From assembly GCF_006345805.1 (NCBI RefSeq), contig NC_042999.1:56172001-56236000 (forward strand): DNA of 64,000 nucleotides, written 5' to 3'. A model generated the notes under the pieces. The model searched no databases. It worked only from the letters and a program-made list of their open reading frames with translations, and was not told the origin of the DNA. The DNA comes from Octopus sinensis. Lineage: Eukaryota. The number at the start of each line of letters is the position of its first letter. Position 1 is the first letter of the stretch. Both the position numbers and the translations under genes were made by a program. Positions 13,306-26,195 of this stretch are shown here, piece after piece.

Positions 13306-14926
13306 CTACAAAAAGAACAAAACAATTTGCAATCAAATATATTAGTACATTTATATGACAAAAAATGGGCTGAAATAAAATAAAATGCACATTCTCTGAG
13401 AGTAGTTCATAGCACTTGCTACCAAGGTGATATAATTTGCAGGTTATTTATACATATGAGGAAGGATTGAACATTTGCTTTTGCATGTATACATAAATGT
13501 TTACATGTAAGTGTGTGTGTGAGAGAGAGAGAGAGAAATCATTATTCATCATTTAACATCTTAATACCCATCTTCCATACTAGCATGGGTTAAATGGATC
13601 AACAGGATCCAATGAGCAAGAAGACTGCAGTGAGCTTCATAGTCTACTTTGGCATAGTTTCTGCCACATTGAATTCCATCTGATCCATGTGAGCATGGAA
13701 AAGAGAAAACGATATGTTTGATATAACACAATAGTTGTAAATGAGCATCAGTGTTATACAAGCATTGTTATTCATTTCCAATCTAATGTGGAAACATGTC
13801 CAGCCGTGGGGGAAAATAATATGCATGGAAGAAAGTGAAGGTTAGTGGCTGGAAGCCATAGAAAATCTGCTTCAGCAAATTTTGCCTGAACCATACAAGT
13901 ATGAAAATGGGGATGTTAAAATAAAGATGATTATATTTTTATATGTATATCTGAGTGAGTGAGTGTGAGAGTGTGTGTGTGTATGTGTACATTGATGTGT
14001 GTGAGTACATGATGATATACATGTATATGTGCATATATAAATGTTCATATGCATATATGTAAGTACATGTGTTTTTATTTATATTGTTCATCATCACTGT
14101 TCCTTTATTTTTACATCTGTTTTTCCATGATATACAGGATAAGCAAATACATTACTAAGGCTATTTTTTTCACAGCCAAGTGCTTTTCCAGTCACTAACC
14201 CATACCTATTTTACACATACAAGATCTCATATTTCACATGTCTTCAAAGACAATGTCAGCAGACAATTTGCTGATGGGGAAAATGATAATTATGTAACTC
14301 AGCAATTTTTAGAAGTGTAAGCAAACACACAGACATACATATATGACAGGCATCTTTCAGTTTCCCTTTACTAAATCTACTCACAAAACATTGGCTAGTT
14401 TGTAGCAATAGCAGAAGACGGTCATATTATTTTTATGTGTGTTTATATAAACAAGAAGGTGTATATGTAAAACATAAGTGTAATTGTCAAATAAGAGATG
14501 AGAGCACTCAACACCAGGTTGTTAGTGTAATGTAAAATAATTAACAAGAAATGCCAAGAATCACATCATAAAATTATATCATAACAACATAATACACTCA
14601 TCAGGCATATTAAACAATCTGGATTTGTCATTATTAAACAAAAACATAAATTACTAGAACAAAAGGTCTATTCTAGTTTAGAGACAGTCCTTGATATGAC
14701 CTAGTCAATTTACAAACATCTGCAGTTACAACCATTTTACATTTCCCCACATACACATATTTTCTCTTGGCATTCATCACAGCTCAGAACTCAAATTCAG
14801 ATATTCCAATGTCTGTGCTCAAGCAATATCTTCAAGTGTTGTTAGCTCACTTTCTCCAAAGATCATTTATACTTCAGCATTCACATTGCTTATAAGCTAT
14901 TTTATAAGATCCTCAAGTTTTATTAC

Positions 14927-14998
14927 CCCAAATATATCTTGCAAAAGGAAGTGCTTCCATCTAGCAATACACCAGGCAAGAAACAGAAGTAACTTGAT
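14927..14998 (-). other. Candidate 72-nt exon upstream of the giant exon, containing in-frame TAG immediately followed by ATG (MEALPFARYIW, phase 1)
   Basis: Acceptor aaattttaaccttcag|at at 14998, donor tgg g|gtaata at 14927; ATG at 14960-14958 splices in frame to the giant exon. Splice-like motifs are common by chance in AT-rich introns. Confidence 0.28.
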
Positions 14999-15077
14999 CT
15001 GAAGGTTAAAATTTAAATTATCAACACAAATGATTTGCAGTTGTTTAAATTCAATGATCTCCATTATTATTAAAAAT

Positions 15078-15297
15078 GGTGGTGAGCTGGCAGAATTATT
15101 AGTGCACTGGACAAAATACATAGCAGTATTTCACCTGTCACTATGTTTTGAGTTCAAATTCCACCGAGGTCAGCTTTGCCTTTCATCCTTTCGGGGTCGA
15201 TAAATTAAGTACCAGTGAAACACTCAGGTGAACATAATCGACTAGACCCCTTCCCCTGAATTTCAGGCCTTGTGTCTTTAGTAGAATGGATTATTAA
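15078..15297 (+). mobile_element. tRNA-derived SINE, family B; minus-strand copies at about 113-330, 39985-40160, 40178-40350 and 63015-63240
   Basis: Head GGTGAGCTGGCAGAA...GAGTTCAAATTCC and body ctttgcctttcatcctttcggggtcgataaattaagtaccagt recur at the listed positions. Confidence 0.82.
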
Positions 15298-16553
15298 AAA
15301 GCACTAAGAAAAGTTTTAAATGCAGCAAAAGGTACAGCTATATGCAGTTAACAATAATAATAAAGGACAACAATCTATCATCAAAATAGAGAAATTGTTC
15401 ATGATCTGGACCAAAAATTAAACATAAAAGTGTATACCTAAAACCCTACTAATAATTTAAGCTAAGACAAAAAGTATTTTTGTGACTTTGAAGAAATGAA
15501 TGAGACAGAGATGCAAAGAATATTTTCAAGACAACAACAGATAATTTAATCACTTCAAAATAATAAATCATCTCTCTTCATAATGTCCAAGTAATAGCGG
15601 AAGCATCAAGCACAGGATGAATTATCAGAAGAAAAGTACTGTATTGGCTGGCACTTAAGACACACTACTATTTTACAAGTATATTTTATGGAAAAAAAAC
15701 AAATTTAATATTTTTCAAAATACACTTATTGGAAGATATTTTGAGGCAATTTTGTAGGGAAAAATGTACAATTCTGCACATGTAAATAAATTGACAGGAA
15801 ACTAGAATAAAGTATGAAACCATGATAGTACCATATTTCAACTTTGTCTTCTTTCAGATCAACTATAGTTGTTAATGGTTTGGTCAAGAGAATTACCATA
15901 CAGGATGTGAAAGTTGTATTCCTGACAATGAATTTTTATGTAACCACTAATAGCCACCAGGGTGGTTGCACCACAGCTATGATTTTGTTGTCATCCACTA
16001 ACTGAAAATAGCCAACAAGTAGATGAAAACTGAACATTCTTTTCATCTTTCTAGGAAAATTTTTCACTCAGATAAATTAAGAATGCTTCTTAAAGGTAAT
16101 ACAGTCACTGAATAATGTAAGCCACATCTCACATAAGGGTTATGTATGTTGAGGAAGATGGTACAATGAGATGATGTAACTGACGCACATGACTGCCAAC
16201 ATACAACATGCAATTTTTTATAAGTTTATCATGAGTAACAATTATTGTGCCTGGCAGACTTATGCTCATCTAGCTCCCTAGCCTACGACACTTGGTCTTC
16301 TATCCATAATACAGATGCATTAGATGCAAGGCAATTTTTTGATACATTTAAAATTTTTTAAAAGTGCCTTTATATGCCATAAAATACAGTAATTTAACAG
16401 AAAAAGATATTCAACATGGACAAGACTGACTGACATAGACAAAGGTTATTTGAACAATCATACATACACAAAGAGGTAAACACAGCATAGGTTTCAACAT
16501 TTAAGTACCAGATAGCTGTTATTAGAGGGGAATGTAGCTAGATATAAATTTAA

Positions 16554-16754
16554 CCCTTTAGCATTCAGATTTTTTGGTCAAATGTAAAGCTTATTTATTC
16601 ACATTATCTTGTAGCTTTGAGAGTTCAATAATGTGATATTGTTTCATTTTTAGAAGGCATTGTAGGGTAGGTGCGAGAGATTAGATCTAGCTGGTTTGAG
16701 CATAAAACAAAGAAAATATTTGGGCTGAAAATGGCTGGTTTAAATGCTAAAAGG
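16554..16754. mobile_element. piggyBac-like MITE (201 bp) with TTAA TSD; a similar, weaker element at 17048-17246
   Basis: ttaa|ccctttagcatt ... aatgctaaaagg|ttaa. Confidence 0.7.
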
Positions 16755-16839
16755 TTAAGCCTTTTCTAATCTACCACTCTTAAAATTGGTGCACATTCAA
16801 CAAACAAGATCAAATAGATAAAAGTTATGAAAAATTCAA

Positions 16840-17420
16840 ACATTGTTTGAAGACTAGTTTCTCTTTCAGTGTATATTCCAGATACAAGAGTACTGCATTG
16901 AAAAAGAAATCCTGATTTTATTTACCTTAGATAATGCAACTGGACATCGACCCTAGCTATATGACATCTAACCAGATGTAAGAATCATCTATTTGCTACC
17001 TTGTCTATCTGTCAACGGCTGAACTGAAGAGCTAAAACAACATTTAACCTTTTTTAAACCAGCCTGCCTGAAACTGTCCCTGGTTCTATGATAAAGACTT
17101 TTCATTATCAAGTGATTTAAGTTGAAACTTTCCATCAAAATTACATGTTAATTTATGTTCCAAAACACCAGTTTAATAATGACAAAGTTACTTTGCAAAA
17201 TTAATTGAAACAAAGGCAATATAACAGAAATATGGTAAGAAAAGGATTAAGGCCTTCAATCAACATTTTCCCAAGCTAAAGTATGATGAGGGTATACATT
17301 TTAGAATGTTCTAGAAAGGTTACAACATTCATCACTGAATCACAAATATTGCAGCACTACTGGAGAATGTTAGATTTAAATTATGAAAAGAGTACAAAAG
17401 CAGTGTTGCAGACATTGTGC
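16840..17420 (+). pseudogene. Decayed pogo/Tigger (DDE_1) transposase remnant, split by the MITE at 17048-17246
   Basis: FED*F..., LDNATGH at 16927-16947, PDVRIIYLLP and F*KGYNI pieces occur in the expected order; many stops. Confidence 0.55.
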
Positions 17421-18190
17421 TAATACATTTGCCAGTTTTGATGGAATCGAAGAGTTGAATGGAATTAAAGATGTCTGGCACAGGCACGGCTGTGCATTTA
17501 AGAAGTTTGCTTCTTAAATTACATGGTTCAAATTCAGTTCTACTGTGCCATACATTGGGCAGAACAGTTATATGGCAAAAGATAAAATAGGAGGAAAATA
17601 GAAAGAAAATATACGGAAAGGAAAAATGTTCATTAATTCAATAGTCTTACATTTTAGTGACTTCCATAATTATTTGTATCAGTTGGAGGGTAGAAGAGAA
17701 GAGAGTTTGCTAAATCCATGGTCTTATAATTTGTTAGTTTCATAATTGCACATGTCCGTCAGTTCTGTCATCCAGTGCCCATGGCTAGTTGGCCACCAGT
17801 GTAAGCTGAGGGAGTTATAGGTATTGGGGATGTCTGGTGTAGTTATTTGGACATTTCATCTAGTTTCAGCTCACGAGCTGTGGCCATGCTGGGGCACCGC
17901 CATTTGTGACACTAATTTATAACTTGTAAGTTAGTTCATTTAGTTTCAAAGGAAGCTGCAGTATAAGGCTAATGTTATTATTTAAAGTATGTATGATACA
18001 GTGTGTGCAATGGGCTAAGTAAAGGAATAATAGAAAGGGTTGAAGAGTGCATAGAAAAACAATAAGATTGATAGGGAAATTATAGCATGTAAAATGAGTC
18101 GGTAGACTAGCTAACAAATGAAATTAAATTATCGGAAAATAGTGCCCTAGTGTAGTACGTAAAATAAGTAAAAGTTCAGTAATTAGTTTC

Positions 18191-18434
18191 AATGTGGAGT
18201 GAAGTTGAGTAGTACTAAGTGGTATGTGGGAAGGTTAAGGGGAAGTAGAGAAAAATATTTTTTGTTTGCATAAAGGCCAATTCGTATTCTCAAAATATTG
18301 CTAAACCTATTGATCCTTTAAATATTGCTAATCCCTATTTTACAGGCTATTAGCGAACCTGCTTAACCTCTTATTACCGCCCCCCTTAACCTTCTCACGT
18401 ACTACTTAGTAATACTCAACTTCACTCCACATTA
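18191..18434. mobile_element. MITE-like element with inverted termini of about 52 bp
   Basis: aatgtggagtgaagttgagtagtactaagtggtatgtgggaaggttaagggg pairs with 18383-18434; no TSD recognised. Confidence 0.6.
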
Positions 18435-19314
18435 TCTAATCTATAAAATGAAGGCGAACATTGATACAAATTCGACTTTTATGTAAAAAGGGGCCTAAAT
18501 GGGGCTGGAAGGGAATAACTTGAAGTGAGAAATTGATTGGGAGACATTTTGGGGTGTTACAGTGGTTGCTTTGGTGTGAAAATGGGGATTTAATTGATTT
18601 TTGGGGATACTTGGGAGTCTAGATTGGACACCTTTTGCCCGATTTCAATCAAACATGGTAAAGTGGAAGTGGATTTGTAATTTAAGCGTGGAATGTGTTT
18701 GAAATTTTGAAAATTAAGGCATAATTTTTTAAGTTGAAAAAAATTTCTCATTTTTATGTATTTTTGCCTTTTATTTTTTCTGAAAAAAATTTACAGCTGC
18801 TTGTAGCCTGTGTTTAGAGCTTTCATTTGGATGGTAAATCATTGAAAAATTCCCAAAATAAGTACTATATTTAACAAAGAAATCCTTTTTTCCTTATTTT
18901 TAATCACTCAAATAGTGGCACATACAAAAGGTAAGTGTACTTTCCATTGTCACTGCCTGATATTTATGATTGATCTTTCAAAATATTTTCTTTCTCAACT
19001 TACTCAAGATCTTTTGTTTTTATAAATGGAAGAGAGATAGATATAGAGAGTAAGAGAAAGTGAGGGAGAGTCCGAGAGAAAGGAAGAGTAAGAGAGTGGG
19101 AAAGTGAGAGAGAAAGGAGAGAGAAACAAAGAGGGTGAATGTGGCGATAAGAAACAGAAAAGGAAGCAATAGAAAGTAACAACCACACCCTCACCTGTGC
19201 ATAGAGCAGATCACCTTAAGCTAGTAACTTTTACTTGTTTTGCAAACAACGCTAGGGCACTATTTTCCTATAATTTAATTTCACTTGATAGCTAGACTAC
19301 CGACACCATTCAAA

Positions 19315-19565
19315 ACGTGATCGTTACCAGCGTCACCTTACTGGCACATGAAAAACATTCGAGCGAGGTCATTGCCAGTGCCACTGGACTGGCTCCAGTG
19401 CAGGAAGCATGTAAAAGCACCTACTACATTCTCGGGATGGTTGGCATTAGGAAGGGCATCCAGATCAGATTGGAACCTGGTACAGCCATCTGGTTCACCA
19501 GTCCTCAGTCAAATCGTCCAACCCATGCTAGCATGGAAAGCAGACGTTAAACGATAATGATGATA
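19315..19565 (+). mobile_element. RTE-type 3' tail element (truncated LINE end or tail-sharing SINE); similar copies at about 1880-2085, 21000-21210, 41440-41650, 57170-57500 (minus) and 58430-58680
   Basis: Shared blocks gtggttggcattaggaagggcatccag and ccaacccatgctagcatggaaagcagacgttaaacgat(gat)n, also present at the 3' end of the 45445 LINE. Confidence 0.8.
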
Positions 19566-21249
19566 TTATACATATATATATATATACATACTAGCAGAAG
19601 TACCCAGTGTTGCCCAGTATAACTCAAATGAACCAAAAGACTTCCGTTAAACACAACAATAGAAGTAACAATTTACAGGTGTTGGCCCTAAAGAAGGCCT
19701 TTGAACGTTCACTATGAAATATCTCTGTGGAGGTGCTGCCAGCAAAGATGAATCCGATGGTAACAATTTAATCTTACTAGCCCCGAAGAAAGCCTTGGAT
19801 CATTCACTCTTACAAAAGAGCTGGCCCTGAAGAGAGCAAGTCAATTACTGACATAGAAACGAAAAAAGCAGCTTTGGGAAGCCAGAAAAGCCAGTCAATT
19901 TTTTCGATAAATTCACAACATGAACGTCTCCACAACTCAACTACCGACTCACGGTCTTTTGCTGATCTCAACACACAAAACAATGCAACACCTACACAAC
20001 AACCGTTCTGCGACTAACATTTTATGTCTACTCGACAACCGAACTCTTTTCCTGTCTTCCCTCTGTTGGGTTTGTATCAGGTAGGCTCTCTCTTTCTTCC
20101 AGCATTCTCCACATTCAGCAACCTCTCATAGTAGCACTTCCATGCTCTTTTTCATCAGCATCAATAGGAGCAAGTGTGCCATAATTATTCCATATACACT
20201 CTCCCCAATATTTCAATTTTCTCTGAAACAATGTCTGGCAATGTGATATAAGGATCAAGCCTCAGATCCTTACATCACAAAACATATGCAAACTTTTGCT
20301 CATCCTCTCCCCTTGCTATGTACCTCTGACCACCTTCAACCCAATCATCATACATCATCTCACACATGCAACCTTTACCTATCCAATTCCAACACATCGC
20401 TTCCCTGTCTCCCTTCATTCCCCTATCAACTGTACTATTATTCTGCTGCACTTCAAGCTTTCCATACTGCCAACTATCACCTCTTCTGCCTTACCTTACT
20501 TCCAAATTGTAGTTACCTGCAACCACCTTTCTACCCTTACTTATTTTCTACCCCCAACCCACCTCACTAACAATCTTTCACTCTCCCCAACACTCTGGCA
20601 ACCCATCCAACCACTTCTGTTCACCTTTTTTACCCTGAATGGAACACTGACACTTTATCACTACCATTTTATCTCTCTTTCTACACACAGATATGTATAT
20701 GCATATAAATGACACCTTGGACAAGTACCTTTGACTAGAGCCACAGGACAACCAAAAGCCTTGAGTGGATTTGGTAGATGGAAACTGAAAGAAGGCTATC
20801 ATGTACATGCACACACATACCCATTTGTCTCTTTTTTCATATATGTACATCTTGCATCTTCCACTAATTACTTTATCTTTCTATCTCTCCCCTTCCCTAA
20901 CTAGATGTGTATAGCCATGTAGATCCCTCTACAAGAACCTGCTCCGTCCTCCACCTCACTGTTCAATCCCATCATCCCCTAGCATGAAGCTGATCTCCAC
21001 CCACATCACCCAGGGTCCACAGTCCTGCAAGCTGTATGGTAACCTCAATAATGCAGGTGAAAAAAAAGCACCCAGTCCACATTGTAAAGTGGTTGGTGTT
21101 AGAGAAGCACCATGTTATAAAAACCATGCCAAAGCAGACAGAGCATGATGCAGTTCTTGGACACAATCAGATCCTGTCAAAACATCTTACCTATACCAGC
21201 ATAATCATATGATGATATACAAACATACACATGCATGCATATATATATA

Positions 21250-21635
21250 CTAGCAGTATCACCCGGCGTTGCTCGGGTTTGTAAGGGAAATAACTATATA
21301 AGCATTTTTAGAGAGTTATAGCCAAAAAATAGGGAAAAAATGCATTAAAAATGGAAAAAAAATTAAGGTAAATTTCTTTTTAAATCGTTGACACATCGTA
21401 GATATTTTTAGAGAGTTACTTCCCTTATATAATAGCGAAAAAAATGCATTAAAATGGAAAAATATGATGGTAAATTTTTTTAAATCGTAGACTCATGCTA
21501 ATACCCAGAAGGGCTTGATATGACTCACAACTATAAGATACCCGGTTTTGGTTACACTGCACCGCAAAATGTGGGAGTAGTTAGGAATCTAAATCGTAGG
21601 AGACAGACACACAACTTCACTCTTATATATAAAGA
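21250..21635 (-). mobile_element. Non-autonomous Helitron (386 bp)
   Basis: Minus strand: A|TC start at 21635, hairpin cccgagcaacgccggg, CTAG|T end at 21250; internal direct subrepeats; no TSD. Confidence 0.8.
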
Positions 21636-21747
21636 TATAAGTCACGTAGTTATATACACATACTTTGTTATATACACATTCTAAAAAGAAAATGTTATTT
21701 TGAATACAACATTTATAAAGAATAAAATATTTTTGGGTTTTTCTTAA

Positions 21748-22330
21748 CCCTTTCGTTACTATAATTCTGACCAAAATACACCCCTTATGTGTTTCAATTA
21801 ATTTCTAACGTAATCATAAATTTAGTCTGGTTTCATTAAACAACAATAACTTTTTTATTTATCAATATATTAACGTGAATTTTGGAAGATAATTTAATGA
21901 AATGTCCTCAACCAATTCTATACTATAATTTTTGTCACAAAGTGACTCTAATTGCAGGTAGATACAGGTATATTCAACAATATATAAAATTATTAAAATT
22001 TTGTTCAAACATCGCTATAGAAAATGGGTTATTAGCTAATATTCAATTGGGTATACAACAAAATTTTACAATAGAATTTGTTATTCTGGGTAACTTTCTG
22101 ATACCCATAATATTTATGGCAAAATAGGCCTTAATTTCATTTAAGGTTGTGGGAAATAACAAACTATCCTTTCTTTCGTTTTGTTTACGTTTAGCGTAAC
22201 GTTTTGTTTCTGCCGTAATGATTTCAAATGGGCTCATTCAAAAAAGTAAATAGAAATAGTCTACGGCTTTACTCTTCTGGGAAAGTCTGTGGCTTGGTGC
22301 AGTTTCTTCAGAAAAATCACCGAAAGAAAC
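21748..22330 (-). mobile_element. piggyBac transposon remnant: one terminus and a transposase N-terminal fragment
   Basis: TTAA|CCCTTT at 21744-21753; ORF 22043-22237 FEIITAETKRYA...PTTLNEIKAYFAINIMGIRKLP resembles the piggyBac ETNRYA...EIKAF...MGI-KLP segment. Confidence 0.7.
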
Positions 22331-23756
22331 AGTTTTTAAATTTTCACTCCATTCAGGTACCAATTCGTTTTCTTTATCGCTGTCGGATTCACTGTTTTCA
22401 CTTTAATAGCTGCAAACTTGCAAAGACAAAGGAGGAGAAGGGTGATAGCGTCAGTGAAACAATTCGCTCCCTTTGTGTGTGTGTGCGTTTGCGTGTGATG
22501 TAAATCACATTAAGAAAAACATTTGACATACACACCAGAATGTGAGTTTTCTGTAAATTTTGCTTAATTGGAGTTTAAATTTTAAAAACTGGACCTGGCA
22601 TGACCCGATGCATTCTACTCTTAAAAATGCTAGGTAAATTGTAATTGAAGAAATCCTATATTGTAGATTTCTATAAGTTACAAAGGGAGGCAGATAAAAT
22701 CTGCCTTTTATAATAAGAGAGATATATATACACACACACACACACACACATCATCATCATCAATTATATCCACTTTCCTAGATGACATGTGCTACACTGT
22801 TTAAAAGGATCTAACAGTTCAGCAGACATCTCACCTCAATGACATTGTTTTCCAGCTGGAAGCCATTCCTAACACCAACCACAGTTTTTTTGTTTTTTTT
22901 TTTTGTAAATAGGAAAATTAAAGAGCCCCATGACTGAGAGAAAACATAGGAAAGAGAGTATTAACTTTAGGCAAAAATGTTAAGATATAATGGAGAGAAC
23001 AGGTTTATTGTTGTAAGGTGTTACTGGAGAGACTGAAAAAGACAGTATTGGAGGAGAGAGTAATAGAAGGGAAAGTGAGGGAAGTGTGAGGGGTTAGCAA
23101 GAATCAGGGACTGATAAGGACAGTAGGGTTGATTGAGTAGGAAGAGATTAAGTACTGTGTTTTATATATGTGTGTAGTGGTATATAGAATGGCAATACAA
23201 AGAGAATAAAGATAGTGGTGATGGGAAGCCAGAGTGTATCCCCAATGTAACATGTCCAGGAAAATAAAGAGAAGAGAGAATGGTGACAGAAATACCAGGA
23301 AGAATGGTTGCAAGGATGTTGGAAAAGAGTGATGAATAGAAATAGAGATTAAGATGGTCAGAGGTAAATATGGGTGAAGGTAGTCAATTGGAAAAATGAG
23401 TGAGGAAGTCAATGATAAGAATGAAGGAGGGATGACAGTAGGAAATGGTTTCAAGAAAGAGTTATAACTGGCTGTACAGAAAGGCTAATGATATGTACTA
23501 GTAGGTTCTATTTTCATTAATTACAAAAGCAGAAAAATGCAATAGGTGAAAGACTAATGGAAGGAGAAATGGTGGGGGGGGGGCAGTAGATGTAGACTTG
23601 AGGACATATTGAGCAAAGGACACACATTTTTGTTTTCAGCCTTCATCACTACCTTAAATTCAACAGTAGTTTTGCTGTTTGCATAGCTGGGCAAAATGAC
23701 CTATGGAATTGATATTTCATGAATATTCTTCTGTTTCTAAAATGAGTGTCATATGG

Positions 23757-24130
23757 ATGGAAGCACTCGACGATGAGGGTTCCGGTTGATCCGATCAACG
23801 GAACAGCCTGCTCATGAGATTAACGTGTAAGTGGCTGAGCACTCCACAGACACGTGTACTCTTAACGCAGTTCTCGGGGATATTCAGCGTGACACAGAGA
23901 GTGACAAGGCCGGCCCTTTGAAATACAGGTACAACAGAAACAGGAAGTAAGAGTGAGAGAAAGTTGTGGTGAAAAAGTACAGCAGGGATCACCACCATCC
24001 CTGCTGGAGCCTCGTGGAGCTTTAGGTATTTTCGCTCAATAAACACTCACAACGCCCGGTCTGGGAATCGAAACCGCGATCCTATGACCGCAAGTCCACT
24101 GCCCTAACCACTGGGCCATTGCACCTCCAC
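23757..24130 (-). mobile_element. tRNA-derived SINE, family C, with a well-preserved tRNA-like head
   Basis: Minus strand GGCCCAGTGGTTAGGGCAGTGGACTTGCGGTCATAGGATCGCGGTTTCGATTCCCAGACC followed by about 290 nt of unrelated body; no clean acceptor stem. Confidence 0.8.
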
Positions 24131-25256
24131 GAGTGTCATATAGACACTTAAAATATAGTTGGCTACATGAACTAATTCTCTTTAAAGAAATACCAAAGAT
24201 ACTTCTTTAACAGACATTTTCAACTGATAATGCCATTTTTTCATTTAGTAATACTTGGGTCAAAAAGACAGGAAGAGAATGAGAGAATGGCATAATTAGA
24301 TTGTTTTTAAACATACATTTTGAATTGTATCAGTTGGCCACATGTACTTGTAAAGAAGTGTCTTTGAAACAGAGCAATTTTTAATTGATTATGCCATTAT
24401 TTATTAATATAATACTTCGAAAATGAGATAAATAAAAGATGATGTTAAAAAGCTTTGTTACCTAATCCAACTCTTCTTTCCCTTTCACTTCCTTTTTAAA
24501 TCAAATTCACATTTTCGATCTATATACTCTCTTTCTCTCATGTTTAATTTACCTCAGACTCTTACTTTGCCCCTTACTTCATCTTTTTATTCTTCAGTTT
24601 ACTCTATCCTTCACTTTCTCTCATCACACTTGATCCTTCACCCTTTCATTCCTACTCTGGCATTTTATAATATTCAAAAGTTACAAAGACAAAATAAATG
24701 TACAAATATATATATGGCATATCATCATATTGAATATATACTGCACACACACACACACATTATTTTCAAGAATTTATTTGAAGATATAAAAACCCTAGGA
24801 TTATAAACTGTTTTCAAAATATAACCTGAAATCCAGATGGTTGTTGAAAAACTTAAATTTGTGAAGTACAAAATCTGATATTGGCACCCACAGTCTCTAT
24901 CTATATAGATTTTAATGGAATTCTGAACCTGAAATCTAAGCATCTCAAAGGTTGTTGACATTGGTTGAAATTGGTTAAGTAAAAATGAAAGTTGTGTATA
25001 ACAAGGTTTGTATCAAGACAACCAAATAAAAGTATATTGACAAACTTCTATATTTGTCAACACAATTGTTACTACTACTATAAGTATTAGGGTTAAGGGT
25101 GATAAAAATAGCAAAATGCAAGACAAAATACTGCGTGGTATTTAGTGGACTCTTATGTCCCAAGTACACATCCTACTGAATTGATCTACCCAAACCCTGT
25201 GTTTGATTTAATCAGCTGTATCCCAAAACACCAAAATTTTTAGCTTTATATCTAGT

Positions 25257-25458
25257 TACTCTTTTACTTGTTTCAGTCATTTGACTGCGGCCATGCTGGA
25301 GCACCGCCTTTAGTCAAGCAAATCGACCCCGGGACATATTCTTTGTAAGCCCAATACTTATTCTATCGGTCTGTTTTGCCGAACCGCTAAGTGACGGGGA
25401 CGTAAACACACCAGCATCGGTTGTCAAGCAATGCTTGGGGGAAAACACAGACACACAA

Positions 25459-25493
<35 letters not shown>

Positions 25494-25647
25494 CGACAGG
25501 CTTCTTTCAGTTTCCGTCAACCAAATCCACTCACAAGGCATTGGTCGGCCCGGGGCTATTGTAGAAGACACTTGCCCAAGATGCCACGCAGTGGGACTGA
25601 ACCCGGAATCATGTGGTTGGTTAGCAAGCTACTTACCACACAGCCAC
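25257..25647 (-). mobile_element. tRNA-derived SINE, family A (near full length); partial copies at about 14340-14420, 20715-20810 and 26770-26900
   Basis: Head GTGGCTGTGTGGTAAG...GGTTCAGTCCC (pol III A/B-box-like), central (TA)n/(CA)n, tail ...TGAAACAAGTAAAAGAGTAA. Confidence 0.88.
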
Positions 25648-26141
25648 AGGTCAATTATCATGAGAAAAGGAGTAACTAATAATGACAGAAGGGAAGAAAA
25701 CACTTTACTAAAAAAACTAGAATCAGTTTTGGGGGGTTTTTTTCTTCTTTTCTTTGTTTCTTTCACACACTAAATATGAGAAAAGACCACGAAGAAAATG
25801 TTGTCAAACCTAGCAACTAGAGGCTGGCATGTAGCTGAGAGAGAAATGGAGAGAAGCTGATTGAGACAAATAAAGTGAAAAAATAAGTAGAGATAGTCAT
25901 ATACTTTTCAATATTCCTCATCACTCATTTCTTTGAAGGTTGTTGATAAGGCAAATTATTTATACCTAATTTGCTCATTCAAAAGGAACAGAAGCTATTT
26001 TATAGTAGTGGCAGAAGAGACAGAGAGAGGAATTAAACTTTATTGATCACTTGAATAGCCTTTGGATGAAGTCTAGGATGTAATAATTATGCAAAGTATG
26101 ACAGAAATTGCTAGGAAGTTTGCATAAACAGTAACTTCTGG

Positions 26142-26195
<54 letters not shown>

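Noticed and set aside
13306-13390. N-terminal 28 aa (MHFILFQPIF...CFVLFV) of the 1,885-aa ORF as a signal peptide or true start
   Set aside because: It is the pyrimidine-rich intron end before the acceptor at 13305; hydrophobicity comes from T-richness, and a nuclear KMT2 protein is not expected to be secreted.
24055-24130. tRNA gene
   Set aside because: It is the head of a SINE: it continues into a SINE body and lacks a pairing acceptor stem.
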